Below, piece by piece: positions 1 through 10,949 of a stretch of 64,000 nucleotides of DNA. Position 1 is the stretch's first letter; each line of letters opens with the position of its first letter. A program made the position numbers and the translations under genes. Under the pieces are notes generated by a model. The model was given only the letters and a program-made list of their open reading frames with translations. It was not told the DNA's origin and ran no database searches. The DNA is from Gemmatimonadales bacterium (GTDB lineage Bacteria > Gemmatimonadota > Gemmatimonadetes > Gemmatimonadales > GWC2-71-9), in assembly GCA_035299765.1 (NCBI GenBank), contig DATGVZ010000014.1:11888-75887 (forward strand), read 5' to 3'.

Positions 1-112
1 GCAGATCGAGCTGGATCGCCCAACCCGCCATGAGGAACGCGACCATCATCATCAAACCGTATCCGGTCAGCTCGATGGGCCCGAGGTGCAGAACGAACGG
101 GTATACGGTCAT
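1..112 (-). CDS. lgt: prolipoprotein diacylglyceryl transferase, N-terminal 37 codons only (gene runs off the left window edge)
   Basis: Hand translation of the reverse strand from ATG 112..110 gives MTVYPFVLHLGPIELTGYGLMMMVAFLMAGWAIQLDL. The GP-x4-YG-hydrophobic helix is the usual Lgt N-terminus. ATGA overlap with the tsaD stop. Too short for the ORF track. Confidence 0.5.
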   Translation of the reverse strand, partial: MTVYPFVLHLGPIELTGYGLMMMVAFLMAGWAIQLDL

Positions 113-1149
113 GTCGTAATCTCGGCAGGTTCGAGTCCGGGAAGCGGAAGGTCGGCGCGGGCATCGAGGGTCCAGTCGCTGCGCTCGCCGAGGCGCAGCC
201 GATGCCAGCCCGCGCGCGCGATCATCGCGGCGTTGTCGGCATTGAGGCGCGGACTGGCGACCGCCACGCGGGCCATCCCCGCCAGCTTCTCCGCGGCCCG
301 CGCCGACAGCGCGCGGCTGCACGCCACCCCGCCGCCGAGGACGGCGACGGAGTAGCCGGTGGCGCGGACCGCGCGCTCCAATTTCGTGACCAGCACGTCG
401 AGCACGGCATCCTGAAATCCGCGGGCGAGATGGGGGCGATCGCGGTCGAGATCGTCCGACGCACGCACTGCGTGCAGTACCGCGGTCTTGAGACCCGAAA
501 ACGAGAAGTCGAATCCGTCGCTGATCATCGGGCGCGGGAACGTGAACCGTCCCGGCTCTCCTTCGCGCGCGAGCCGCTCGATCGCCGGCCCTCCCGGATA
601 TTCGAGCCCCCCCCCCAGCAACGTCGCCACTTTGTCGAACGCCTCGCCGGCCGCGTCGTCCCGCGTCTCGCCGAGCAGGTGGTAGCGGCCCCACGCGGGC
701 ACGTCGAGCAGCAACGTGTGCCCACCGGAGACCAGCAGCGCGACAAAGGGCGGCGACAACTCCCGGTCCTCGAGCGCCGGGGCAAAGAGGTGGCCTTCCA
801 TATGATGCACGCCGATGAGCGCTCGATCCCCTGCGAACGCGAGTGACTTCGCGTACACGACGCCGACCAGCAACGCTCCCGCCAGGCCAGGGCCCGCGGT
901 GACCGCCACGGCATCGATGGCCGTGTGACCGAGTCCGGCTTCCACGAGCGCGCGGTCGACCACGGCCGGCAACGCTGCGAGATGCGCGCGACTCGCGAGC
1001 TCCGGTACGACACCGCCGAAGACCTTGTGGATGTCCTGCGAGAGGATGACGAGACTCGCCAGCTCACCCTTTACGAGGATCGCCGCGGACGTTTCGTCGC
1101 ACGAGGTCTCGATCCCGAGGACGACGTCAGCCACGGCGCGGAGTCCCAC
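109..1149 (-). CDS. tsaD: tRNA N6-adenosine threonylcarbamoyltransferase TsaD (Kae1/Gcp family)
   Basis: 346-aa ORF with the GIETSCDETS N-terminal motif and the HHMEGH metal motif. An alternative GTG at 1134 gives the more typical short N-terminus. Confidence 0.95.
   Translation of the reverse strand: MGLRAVADVVLGIETSCDETSAAILVKGELASLVILSQDIHKVFGGVVPELASRAHLAALPAVVDRALVEAGLGHTAIDAVAVTAGPGLAGALLVGVVYAKSLAFAGDRALIGVHHMEGHLFAPALEDRELSPPFVALLVSGGHTLLLDVPAWGRYHLLGETRDDAAGEAFDKVATLLGGGLEYPGGPAIERLAREGEPGRFTFPRPMISDGFDFSFSGLKTAVLHAVRASDDLDRDRPHLARGFQDAVLDVLVTKLERAVRATGYSVAVLGGGVACSRALSARAAEKLAGMARVAVASPRLNADNAAMIARAGWHRLRLGERSDWTLDARADLPLPGLEPAEITT
607..616 (-). repeat. homopolymer G10 (coding strand) in tsaD
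   Basis: CTG GGG GGG GGG CTC encodes L-G-G-G-L. Confidence 0.85.
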
Positions 1150-2065
1150 GGCGGCGCAGCGTGACCGAATCGGGAATGGCGCGCGCGGTGATGCCGCGCG
1201 GGGCCACCACGGTGATCCTGGCGATGCCGCCGCTCGATCCCGTGATGTGAGCCACCACGCGCAATGAATCGCGCGTCAACGCCTGCACGCGCTCCTCGGG
1301 GCCGCGCACGTTGACCGCGACCCGCGCGGGAGTGACGATGAAGCTCGTGATCGCGCCCGCTCCGGTCTCAACCGGAATCCCGGCGAATGAACGCTCGGCG
1401 ATCAATCCCATTTCGCCGGTCACGGTCACCTGCTTCGGCGCCAGCCGCACGATGCCGAGGGGCATGGTGTCGATCGGAACGTTGCGTGTGAACGCGCCGG
1501 AGACGTTCGTGATCTCGGTCTGTACGGTCGTGACAGACTCGATCCCTGCGAGACTTTTTTCGGGACCCACGAGCCGGGCAGTGGTGGGGCTGATCGAGAG
1601 TCCGCCGTGCAGCATCTGTCCCGACTCGGGCATCACGGTGACGAGCGACACGATGCGCACGTCTTTGCGCGCCACGCTGTCCAGCGCGATCGTGATGTCG
1701 CTCGGCCGGATGTCCAGGACGCGAACGTCGGCGCCTTTGGGGAGCGCGAGCTCGACTTCGCTCGGGTCGAGATGAATCGGCCAGGTGGTCGCCGTGAGGG
1801 TGTCCGGCAGGCGGCGGGTGATGTCGCCCGCCAACGAGCGCAGCTTCAGAATCTGGCTGCCTTTCCCGGAGATCTGCACGCGAACCTTCGGCGGCCTGTG
1901 CACCAGCGCGCGCCCCGGCGGAAGCTGCACGTTCAGGTCCACGTCGAAGCTCGTCGTGACCGGTTGCTGGAGCTGCACCGCCACGTAGAGCATCAGCGCG
2001 AGGAACAGCGCCGCGCCTTTGATCGGCCAGTTGCGCGTGATGAGCTGGAGCAGGTTAGCGCGCAT
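1127..2065 (-). CDS. YbbR-domain protein (CdaR-like)
   Basis: 312 aa. N-terminal TM helix (NWPIKGAALFLALMLYVAV) typical of YbbR proteins, followed by repeated beta-rich modules. Sits next to tsaD in the operon. Family call is from overall pattern. Confidence 0.6.
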   Translation of the reverse strand: MRANLLQLITRNWPIKGAALFLALMLYVAVQLQQPVTTSFDVDLNVQLPPGRALVHRPPKVRVQISGKGSQILKLRSLAGDITRRLPDTLTATTWPIHLDPSEVELALPKGADVRVLDIRPSDITIALDSVARKDVRIVSLVTVMPESGQMLHGGLSISPTTARLVGPEKSLAGIESVTTVQTEITNVSGAFTRNVPIDTMPLGIVRLAPKQVTVTGEMGLIAERSFAGIPVETGAGAITSFIVTPARVAVNVRGPEERVQALTRDSLRVVAHITGSSGGIARITVVAPRGITARAIPDSVTLRRRGTPRRG

Positions 2066-2591
2066 CGAGCAGCCGGCGGATCAGGTTTTCGTTGACGGGT
2101 GCGCTCCAATCGGCGGCGCCGATCACTTTTTTCACGATCACGCCGTCGCGATCGATCACGAAGCTCTCGGGCACGCCGGTCGTCTGGTAGATGCGTCGAA
2201 TGGAACCGTCACGGTCGTGCAGGATCTCAAAGGTGAGTCCCAGGTCCTTCGCGAATTGTTTGACGGCCGTGGAGTCGTCCTCATCGACGCTGACGGCCAC
2301 GAGGCGGAAATCGGTGCCGGCCAGCCTGTGATGCAATTGCTCCATGGACGGCATCTCGACCTTGCACGGCGGGCACCACGTCGCCCAGATGTTGAGCAGC
2401 ACCACCTTGCCGCGATAGTCTTCGATGTTTCGAGGCGCGCCGCCCGGCAGCTGCACCGCGTGGAATTCGGGCGCGGTCGAGCCCACCTCGAGCAGATTGA
2501 TCTGGGGCCGCAGCTTGATCGCGAGCGCGATGCCGAAGATCGCCGTCGTCATGACGCTCGCGATGAGCGTCCACTGTTGACGATTCGTCAT
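2055..2591 (-). CDS. TlpA/ResA-family thiol:disulfide oxidoreductase, membrane anchored
   Basis: 178 aa. TM anchor then a thioredoxin fold with the WCPPC active site (NIWATWCPPCKVEMP). Confidence 0.85.
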   Translation of the reverse strand: MTNRQQWTLIASVMTTAIFGIALAIKLRPQINLLEVGSTAPEFHAVQLPGGAPRNIEDYRGKVVLLNIWATWCPPCKVEMPSMEQLHHRLAGTDFRLVAVSVDEDDSTAVKQFAKDLGLTFEILHDRDGSIRRIYQTTGVPESFVIDRDGVIVKKVIGAADWSAPVNENLIRRLLDAR

Positions 2592-3262
2592 GCGGTCACC
2601 ATGCAGCGGCGCCGCAGCTCCTGCACTTCACGGGCGGGATCGCCACCGGCAAAAATCGCGTTGCCGGCGACGAATGTGTCGGCGCCCGCCTGGTGCGCGG
2701 ACCCGATCGTCTGACGTGTGATCCCACCATCGACCTCCAGAAAACATTGTGCGCGGTGCGCGGTGAGCAGGGCGCGGGCGCGCTGGATCTTTTCACTCGA
2801 CCCCGGAAGGTAGCTTTGGCCACCAAACCCCGGATTGACAGTCATAATGAGCAACAGATCGAGATCGCGCACCACCTCCTCGGCGTGCGCGAGCGGCGTG
2901 CTGGGATTGAGAGCCAGACCCGCCATCATGCCATGTTGCTTGACGCTGTCCAAATGCCGCTGAACGTGAACGGTGGCCTCGGGGTGGAACGTGAACACCG
3001 ACGCGCCTGCCGCCGCGAACGACTCGACATAGCGCTCCGGCTCCACGACCATCAGGTGCACGTCGATCGGCTTGTCAGTGAGTTTCCGGAGCGTCTCGAT
3101 CATGTTCGTCCCGAACGTGATGTTCGGGACGAAGCGCCCGTCCATCACGTCGACATGCAGCCAATCGGCGCCTCCCTCGAGGACGTTCGCGACCTGGTCC
3201 GACAGGCGCGCGAGGTCGACGGACAGAACGCTCGGTGCGATGCGGATTCCACCACTCGTCAT
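2588..3262 (-). CDS. rpe: ribulose-phosphate 3-epimerase
   Basis: 224 aa. Contains PSVLSVD, HVDVMDGRFVPNITFG and MTVNPGFGGQ motifs. ATGA overlaps at both ends. Confidence 0.95.
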   Translation of the reverse strand: MTSGGIRIAPSVLSVDLARLSDQVANVLEGGADWLHVDVMDGRFVPNITFGTNMIETLRKLTDKPIDVHLMVVEPERYVESFAAAGASVFTFHPEATVHVQRHLDSVKQHGMMAGLALNPSTPLAHAEEVVRDLDLLLIMTVNPGFGGQSYLPGSSEKIQRARALLTAHRAQCFLEVDGGITRQTIGSAHQAGADTFVAGNAIFAGGDPAREVQELRRRCMVTA

Positions 3263-4026
3263 TGAGGACTCCGAGCTACCACGATGTCAACGACCGTCCC
3301 CGGTGAAGCGAGCGTCCCCGCCGCCGGCCGTTGGCCGACGACGGTGCCCGGCGATGCCTCCGACGTGCGGCGGCGCGTCACGGTGCCGAGCTGCAGCCCG
3401 TCCTGCTCGAGTCGCGTGCGGGCGTCGGCGGACGCCATGCCGAGCAGATCGGGGATCGAGATCGTCGGCGCGCCGCGACTCACGACCACTGTCAAACCCG
3501 CGCCCGGAGCGAGTGCGGTTCCCGCCGGTGGCCGGGTGAGCATCGCGAGTCCCGTCGGCGCCGCTGCCTGCACCGACTCGACCTGACTGACGACCAGTCC
3601 CGCGGCGGTCACGAGCGACTGTGCGAGCGCCGCATCGAGGCGGGCGACGTCCGGCACCGGAATCTTGGGCGGGCCGGCGCTCGACACCAGGGTCACCTTC
3701 GTTCCTTCGGGCGCGATCACGCCTGGTGGCGGATCCTGCCAGATGACGACGCCCTGCGGCGCGGTTGGATGGGGCTCGGCGCCGCCGTCGGTCACTTGGA
3801 GCTGCGATTTCTGGATCTCCGCCTGCGCCTCCGCGACGGTCAGTCCCAAGACTCGCGGCACGGCCTGATGGCCGGGAAGGATCGGGGCGGGGAAGAGAAT
3901 CAGGTAGGCCGTGAGGTAACCGGCCAACACCGCCCCTGCGCCGAGACCCAGCCAGGTCAGGAACCGGCGCCGGTTGAATGCGATGCCGCGCTCGCCCAAC
4001 GCAGTGAAATGCCGACGAATACGCAT
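3259..4026 (-). CDS. membrane-anchored PASTA-repeat protein without kinase or transpeptidase domain
   Basis: Start reassigned to ATG 4026..4024 (TGATG overlap with the rsmB stop). The upstream 100 codons of the 355-aa track ORF are antisense-type Arg-rich sequence overlapping rsmB. One TM helix, then three ~65-aa PASTA-like repeats (VPRVLGL.., IPVPDVARL.., ISIPDLLGM..). Confidence 0.7.
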   Translation of the reverse strand: MRIRRHFTALGERGIAFNRRRFLTWLGLGAGAVLAGYLTAYLILFPAPILPGHQAVPRVLGLTVAEAQAEIQKSQLQVTDGGAEPHPTAPQGVVIWQDPPPGVIAPEGTKVTLVSSAGPPKIPVPDVARLDAALAQSLVTAAGLVVSQVESVQAAAPTGLAMLTRPPAGTALAPGAGLTVVVSRGAPTISIPDLLGMASADARTRLEQDGLQLGTVTRRRTSEASPGTVVGQRPAAGTLASPGTVVDIVVARSPQ

Positions 4027-5324
4027 CACGACGCCCTGATCAACCGCGCCGCATAGGCGCCGTCGATGCCGTGGCGTTGCGGCAGCGATTGGAAGTCGCC
4101 CGCGCGCGTGATCAACTCGGCCGGAAGCGACGCTGGCGTTGGCGCCCGCGCGAATTCCGGATGCCGGCTCAAGAAATCGTCCACGACGCCTGCATTCTCC
4201 TCCGCTTCGAGTGAACAGGTAGCGTAGATCAACGCTCCGCCCGGTCGTACGAGGGCGGCGCCGGCCGCGAGCAGCCGCGATTGGCGCGCGGCTGCGCGCG
4301 CGAAGATCGCAGGCGTGAGGCGCCAACGGGCATCAGGGTGGCGCCGGATCGTGCCGGTCGCGCTGCATGGCGCATCGACGAGCACCGCGTTCAGGCTCTG
4401 AGGACGAATCGGCGCCGCCTCAAGATTGGCGGCGATGCCGCGAATCGCCACTCCCGCGCGACGAACCGTATCGGCGAGCCGCGGCAACCGGTCGCGGCGC
4501 GCGTCACCGGCGAGCACTCGCGCGCCCGCCGCTTCGAGCGAGACGGCCTTCCCGCCCGGAGCAGCGCAGGCATCGTACACCAACTCCCCTCGAGAGATGC
4601 GAGCGAAACGACAGACAAGAGCGTGGGCGGGATCCTGGATGATGAAGGCTCCCTCGCTGTACCCCGGAAGATCCTTGGGAGCGGGGCGCAGCGAGCGGGG
4701 CGCAGGTGCAAACTGAAGTCCTGTCCCGTATGGGGCATCGGTTGAGCTGATCCCGTGATCCTGTAGGGCTGCGCGAAGGCGGTCCTGCGTCCAACGGGCC
4801 GGCTGAAGCGTGAGCGCGGGCCGGCGATCATTCCATGCAACCAATTGTCGAGTTTCGTCTGCACCAAAACGAGCAGTCCAGCGTGCCACGAGCCAGTCGG
4901 GATGCGTGCTTCCTGCTTCCTGCTCGCTGCTCCCTGCTCCTGAAAGTTTTCGCAGAACGTGATTCACGTAACCGGTGCTAACCTCACCGACGGTCTCCCG
5001 CGCGAGCTCGACCGCCGTCGACACCGCGGCATGCGAGGGTACGCGGGTCAACCAGCGCAGCTGGTACGCGCCGAGGCGCAGGACGTCGTGGAGGCGGGGA
5101 TCGGCGCGGCCGAGGTCGAGGGCGGTGTCGAGCTCACGCTGACGCCGCAACACGCCGGCCGACAGCTCATACGCGAGCCGGCGGTCACGCTCCGCGAGCC
5201 CGGTGAGGTGGCGGTCGCGGGCGTCGGCCAGGGGTGTTCCGGCGCGTACCGAGCGGAGAATCTCGAGTGCCGCGCGACGCGCGGCTCCTCCGGTCCCCCG
5301 CGTCCTCCCGGGTGCTTCCTTAAT
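4026..5324 (-). CDS. rsmB: 16S rRNA (cytosine967-C5)-methyltransferase RsmB (start codon uncertain)
   Basis: Methyltransferase motifs DACAAPGGK, DAPCSATG and YATCSL. The first canonical start is GTG 5153. The NusB-like N-terminal domain (AARRAALEILRSVRAG..ERDRRLAYELSAG) continues in frame upstream with no ATG/GTG/TTG. ATT 5324..5322 overlaps the thiG stop. Conservative coordinates are 4026..5153. Confidence 0.85.
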   Translation of the reverse strand: MKEAPGRTRGTGGAARRAALEILRSVRAGTPLADARDRHLTGLAERDRRLAYELSAGVLRRQRELDTALDLGRADPRLHDVLRLGAYQLRWLTRVPSHAAVSTAVELARETVGEVSTGYVNHVLRKLSGAGSSEQEAGSTHPDWLVARWTARFGADETRQLVAWNDRRPALTLQPARWTQDRLRAALQDHGISSTDAPYGTGLQFAPAPRSLRPAPKDLPGYSEGAFIIQDPAHALVCRFARISRGELVYDACAAPGGKAVSLEAAGARVLAGDARRDRLPRLADTVRRAGVAIRGIAANLEAAPIRPQSLNAVLVDAPCSATGTIRRHPDARWRLTPAIFARAAARQSRLLAAGAALVRPGGALIYATCSLEAEENAGVVDDFLSRHPEFARAPTPASLPAELITRAGDFQSLPQRHGIDGAYAARLIRAS

Positions 5325-6117
5325 CCAGCATGCCTCGGGTGGGGGAGGACGGCATGGCGATCTCGCGTCGCGGCATCCGGCCCGCGAGGTAGGCGGCGCG
5401 TCCCGCGATCGTTGCCAACCGCATCGCGTGCGCCATAGCGACGGGATCCTGCGCTGCCGCGATCGCCGTATTCATCAGAATCCCGTCGACGCCCTGCTCC
5501 ATGGTCACGCACGCATCGGATGCCGTCCCGACGCCGGCATCGACGATCACAGGAACGTGGAGCCGTCGCTTGATTGTCCGCACGCTCAACGGATTGAGCA
5601 GCCCGAGTCCGCTGCCGATCGGCGACGCCAGCGGCATGACCGCGGCACAACCGGCATCCTCGAGCCGCAGCGCGGTGACGAGATCCTCGTTCGTGTAGGC
5701 AAGAACTTTGAATCCTTCCTGCACGAGCACCTTGGCGGCCTCGAGCAGGCCCTGCACGTCCGGCATGAGCGTCTCTTCGTCGCCAATGACTTCGAGCTTG
5801 ACGCAGTCGTTGAACCCCGCTTCGCGCGCCAGTCGTGCGTAACGGATCGCGTCGGCGGCGGTGTAACAACCGGCGGTGTTGGCAAGCAGAAAGACGCGCT
5901 TCGGGTCGAGGAAGTGAAGGACACTCGTTTCTTTGGAGCGGTCGAGGTTCACCCGGCGCACGGCGACCGTCACGACTTCCGCGCCTGACGCTTCGATCGC
6001 GCGCGTCATCGTGTCCATGTCGGGATACTTCCCCGTGCCCACCATGAGACGCGACTGGAACGTGCGTCCGCCGATCGTAAGCGGTGTATCCAGTACTGTT
6101 TCCACGGCGGTTGTCAT
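5320..6117 (-). CDS. thiG: thiazole synthase ThiG
   Basis: TIGGRTFQSRLMVGTGKY is typical of ThiG. Start set at ATG 6117, preceded by GGAGGG formed by the thiS C-terminal Gly codons 7 nt upstream. The longest ORF starts at 6159. Confidence 0.93.
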   Translation of the reverse strand: MTTAVETVLDTPLTIGGRTFQSRLMVGTGKYPDMDTMTRAIEASGAEVVTVAVRRVNLDRSKETSVLHFLDPKRVFLLANTAGCYTAADAIRYARLAREAGFNDCVKLEVIGDEETLMPDVQGLLEAAKVLVQEGFKVLAYTNEDLVTALRLEDAGCAAVMPLASPIGSGLGLLNPLSVRTIKRRLHVPVIVDAGVGTASDACVTMEQGVDGILMNTAIAAAQDPVAMAHAMRLATIAGRAAYLAGRMPRREIAMPSSPTRGMLD

Positions 6118-6121
6118 CGCA

Positions 6122-6334
6122 TCACCCTCCACCGACAAAATGCACGAGCTCGATCGCATCGCCGGCCGCGACTTTCACGTCACCGAGTCCTGGCCGGCGC
6201 ACGATGCGGCGATTGTGCTCGACGACCACCGCGCGCGGATCGAGCTCCAGCTCAGCCAAGACTTCGAGCAGGGTCGCACCCTGAGCGAGCTGCTTGCGTT
6301 CTCCGTTCACCACCACGTCCACCAGCTGTTTCAC
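6122..6334 (-). CDS. thiS: sulfur carrier protein ThiS
   Basis: 70 aa from GTG 6334 (GTGA overlap with the thiE stop). Ends in ..VHFVGGG, the ubiquitin-like C-terminal GG. Lies between thiE and thiG. Confidence 0.85.
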   Translation of the reverse strand: MKQLVDVVVNGERKQLAQGATLLEVLAELELDPRAVVVEHNRRIVRRPGLGDVKVAAGDAIELVHFVGGG

Positions 6335-6948
6335 GCCACCAACTCCTCCCGCATGCGCCGCACAGTCAACTCCGGTTCGGCATCGTCCCAAAAGGCCCGG
6401 ATCGCGGCGATCCCGTACGCTCCGCCGTTTCTCACTTCCCGCACCCGATTCACGGTGATGCCGCCGATCGCAATCACCGGCAGGTCGCCGGCTGCCATCG
6501 CGATTTTCCGCAACTGCGCGACCCCCAGCGGTTTTCGCGATGGATGCGATGCAGTCGCGTACACCGGCCCTACAACAAGATAGTCGGCTCCCTCGGCTCT
6601 TGCGGCTTCGGCCTCCGCCAAGTCATGCACCGACTTACCGATCCACCAAAGTGGGTTGAGTGCGCGGGCGGCCGCCACCGGCAGACTGTTCGACCCGAGC
6701 TGCACGCCGGCTGCTGGAACAGCGAGTGCGATATCGAGACGGTCATTGATGAACAAGAACGACGGAAGGTTGGAAAGTTCGACCGAAAGGCGGTAATGCT
6801 CGAGCCCCGTCAGTTCCCGTCCTCGTGCGTGAAACGCCAGATCACTGCCGCCGCCATCAGCCAAGGCACGTGCCACCGCTTCGAGGTCCGCGCGGCGCGC
6901 GATGCGCTCGTCCGTGATTGCATGCAGCCGTGGCAGCGGCGGTCTCAA
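6331..6948 (-). CDS. thiE: thiamine-phosphate synthase ThiE
   Basis: The C-terminal 205 aa of the 404-aa track ORF carry the ThiE pattern (LHAITDE.., VQLGSN.., YLVVGPVYATASHP.., IAIGGIT). Start is TTG 6948 (TTGA overlap with the fmt stop). The upstream part of the ORF is a shadow of fmt. Confidence 0.85.
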   Translation of the reverse strand: MRPPLPRLHAITDERIARRADLEAVARALADGGGSDLAFHARGRELTGLEHYRLSVELSNLPSFLFINDRLDIALAVPAAGVQLGSNSLPVAAARALNPLWWIGKSVHDLAEAEAARAEGADYLVVGPVYATASHPSRKPLGVAQLRKIAMAAGDLPVIAIGGITVNRVREVRNGGAYGIAAIRAFWDDAEPELTVRRMREELVA

Positions 6949-7910
6949 GAAAACTTTGCGCCCGGGGACAGACGGGCGCCACGCAGCCAGTCTTGCGCCG
7001 GCATCCGCGCTTTCCCCGCAGGCTGGACCTCGAAGATCTCGACCGTACCACCGGCCGTGTCTCTGAGCGGTCCCGTGGCGATGATCAGTGAGCCGTCGGC
7101 GGAGAGAATTTCCCCGGGGGCGCCCGTGTCTGGGAAGGGCGGCTCCATGACCTTCGGCGTGAACAGCTTTATCTCGGCGCCCCCCCCCTTCAGCTCTGTC
7201 CAAGCACCTGGTCGGGGATCGAGTCCACGCACGAGACGCCCGATCGTGCGGGCGTCCTTCGTCCAATCGATGTGCGCGATCTCGCGGGTGAGCTTCGGCG
7301 CGAACGTCGCTCGACTCTCGTTTTGCGGAACCGGTTTCGGCGGAGGGTCGCTCTGTTCCAGCATCGCGAGCGTCTCGATCAAGGCCTGCGCGCCCATCTC
7401 GGCGAGATGCGCGGACAGCTCGCCGCCCGTCACGCTCTGATCGATGCGATGCGGGATCTGGTGCAGGACCGGGCCCGAGTCCATCCCCGCGTCGAGCTGC
7501 ATGATACTCACTCCCGTTGTTTCGTGGCCGCGAATGATCGCCCACTCGACTGGCGCGGGGCCGCGTAGGCCCGGTAACAGCGACGGATGCACGTTGAGCA
7601 TGCCCTGGGACGGCAGCGACAACAGCTCCGGCTTCAGGATGTGACCGTACGCGACTACGACCCCGACGTCCGGCCGCAATTCACGGAGACGATCGAGGAA
7701 CTCCCGGCCGGTGGGTTTTTCCGGTTGCAGAACGGTCAGGTCTTCGGCTTCTGCGACTTCCTTGATGGGCGGCGGAATCAGCTGCGAACGCGAGCGACCG
7801 TGCGGTGCATCGGGTTGGGTGACGACGGCAACGACGTCGAAGCCCTCGCCGAGCAGCGCGCGTAACGACGGCACTGCGAATTCTGGCGTCCCGAAGAAGA
7901 CCACCCGCAC
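6945..7910 (-). CDS. fmt: methionyl-tRNA formyltransferase
   Basis: 321 aa with MRVVFFGTPEFAVPSL and the HPSLLP motif. GTG start abuts the def stop. Confidence 0.95.
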   Translation of the reverse strand: MRVVFFGTPEFAVPSLRALLGEGFDVVAVVTQPDAPHGRSRSQLIPPPIKEVAEAEDLTVLQPEKPTGREFLDRLRELRPDVGVVVAYGHILKPELLSLPSQGMLNVHPSLLPGLRGPAPVEWAIIRGHETTGVSIMQLDAGMDSGPVLHQIPHRIDQSVTGGELSAHLAEMGAQALIETLAMLEQSDPPPKPVPQNESRATFAPKLTREIAHIDWTKDARTIGRLVRGLDPRPGAWTELKGGGAEIKLFTPKVMEPPFPDTGAPGEILSADGSLIIATGPLRDTAGGTVEIFEVQPAGKARMPAQDWLRGARLSPGAKFS

Positions 7911-8455
7911 TTACAGCTCACCCGCCGGCTCCGGCGTGACCTCCTTCAGGTACCCCGTCTGTCCCTTGCGCGACTTCTTCCATTTGGAGAGGAGCAGGTT
8001 GCGCTTCACGGCGCTGAGATGATCGAGAAAGAGGATGCCATCGAGGTGGTCGATCTCGTGCTGAATGGCGCGCGCCTTGTAGCCCGTGGCCTCCACTCGG
8101 AACGGCTTGCCGGCAAGGTCCAACGCTTCCACAACGATGCCTGCGGATCGATCCACGTCACCGAAGATGTCGGGAATGGAGAGGCAGCCCTCCTCGGCCG
8201 TTTCTTCCTCCTCGCTGCGCTCGACAATCACCGGATTGATGAGTGCGAGTGGCGGCGGATCTTCGTCCCCGACGTCCACGACGGCGACGCGACGCGCCAC
8301 ACCGAGCTGATTGGCCGCGAGTCCGACGCCCTTCGCCGCGCGCATGGTCTCGAACAGATCCTCCACGAGCTGGCGCACGTCCTCGTCCACCGTCTTGACC
8401 GGCTTGGCGTGCTCTCGCAGGACGGGTGAGCCCAGAACGTGAAGTGGGCGAACGG

Positions 8456-8459
<4 letters not shown>
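7911..8459 (-). CDS. def: peptide deformylase
   Basis: 182 aa from GTG 8459 (GTGA overlap with the yajC stop). Motifs GVGLAANQ, EGCLS and QHEIDHLDG. The upstream part of the 317-aa track ORF is non-coding-like. Confidence 0.93.

Positions 8460-10948
<2,489 letters not shown>

Positions 10949-10949
<1 letters not shown>

Noticed and set aside
6945-7060. A possible TPP riboswitch hidden in the 3' end of fmt ahead of thiE.
   Set aside because: I did not see the conserved THI-box core (CTGAGA...ACCTGATCTGGATAATGCCAGCG-like) on the coding strand. The region is fully occupied by conserved fmt codons. This is left as a check inside the thi finding.
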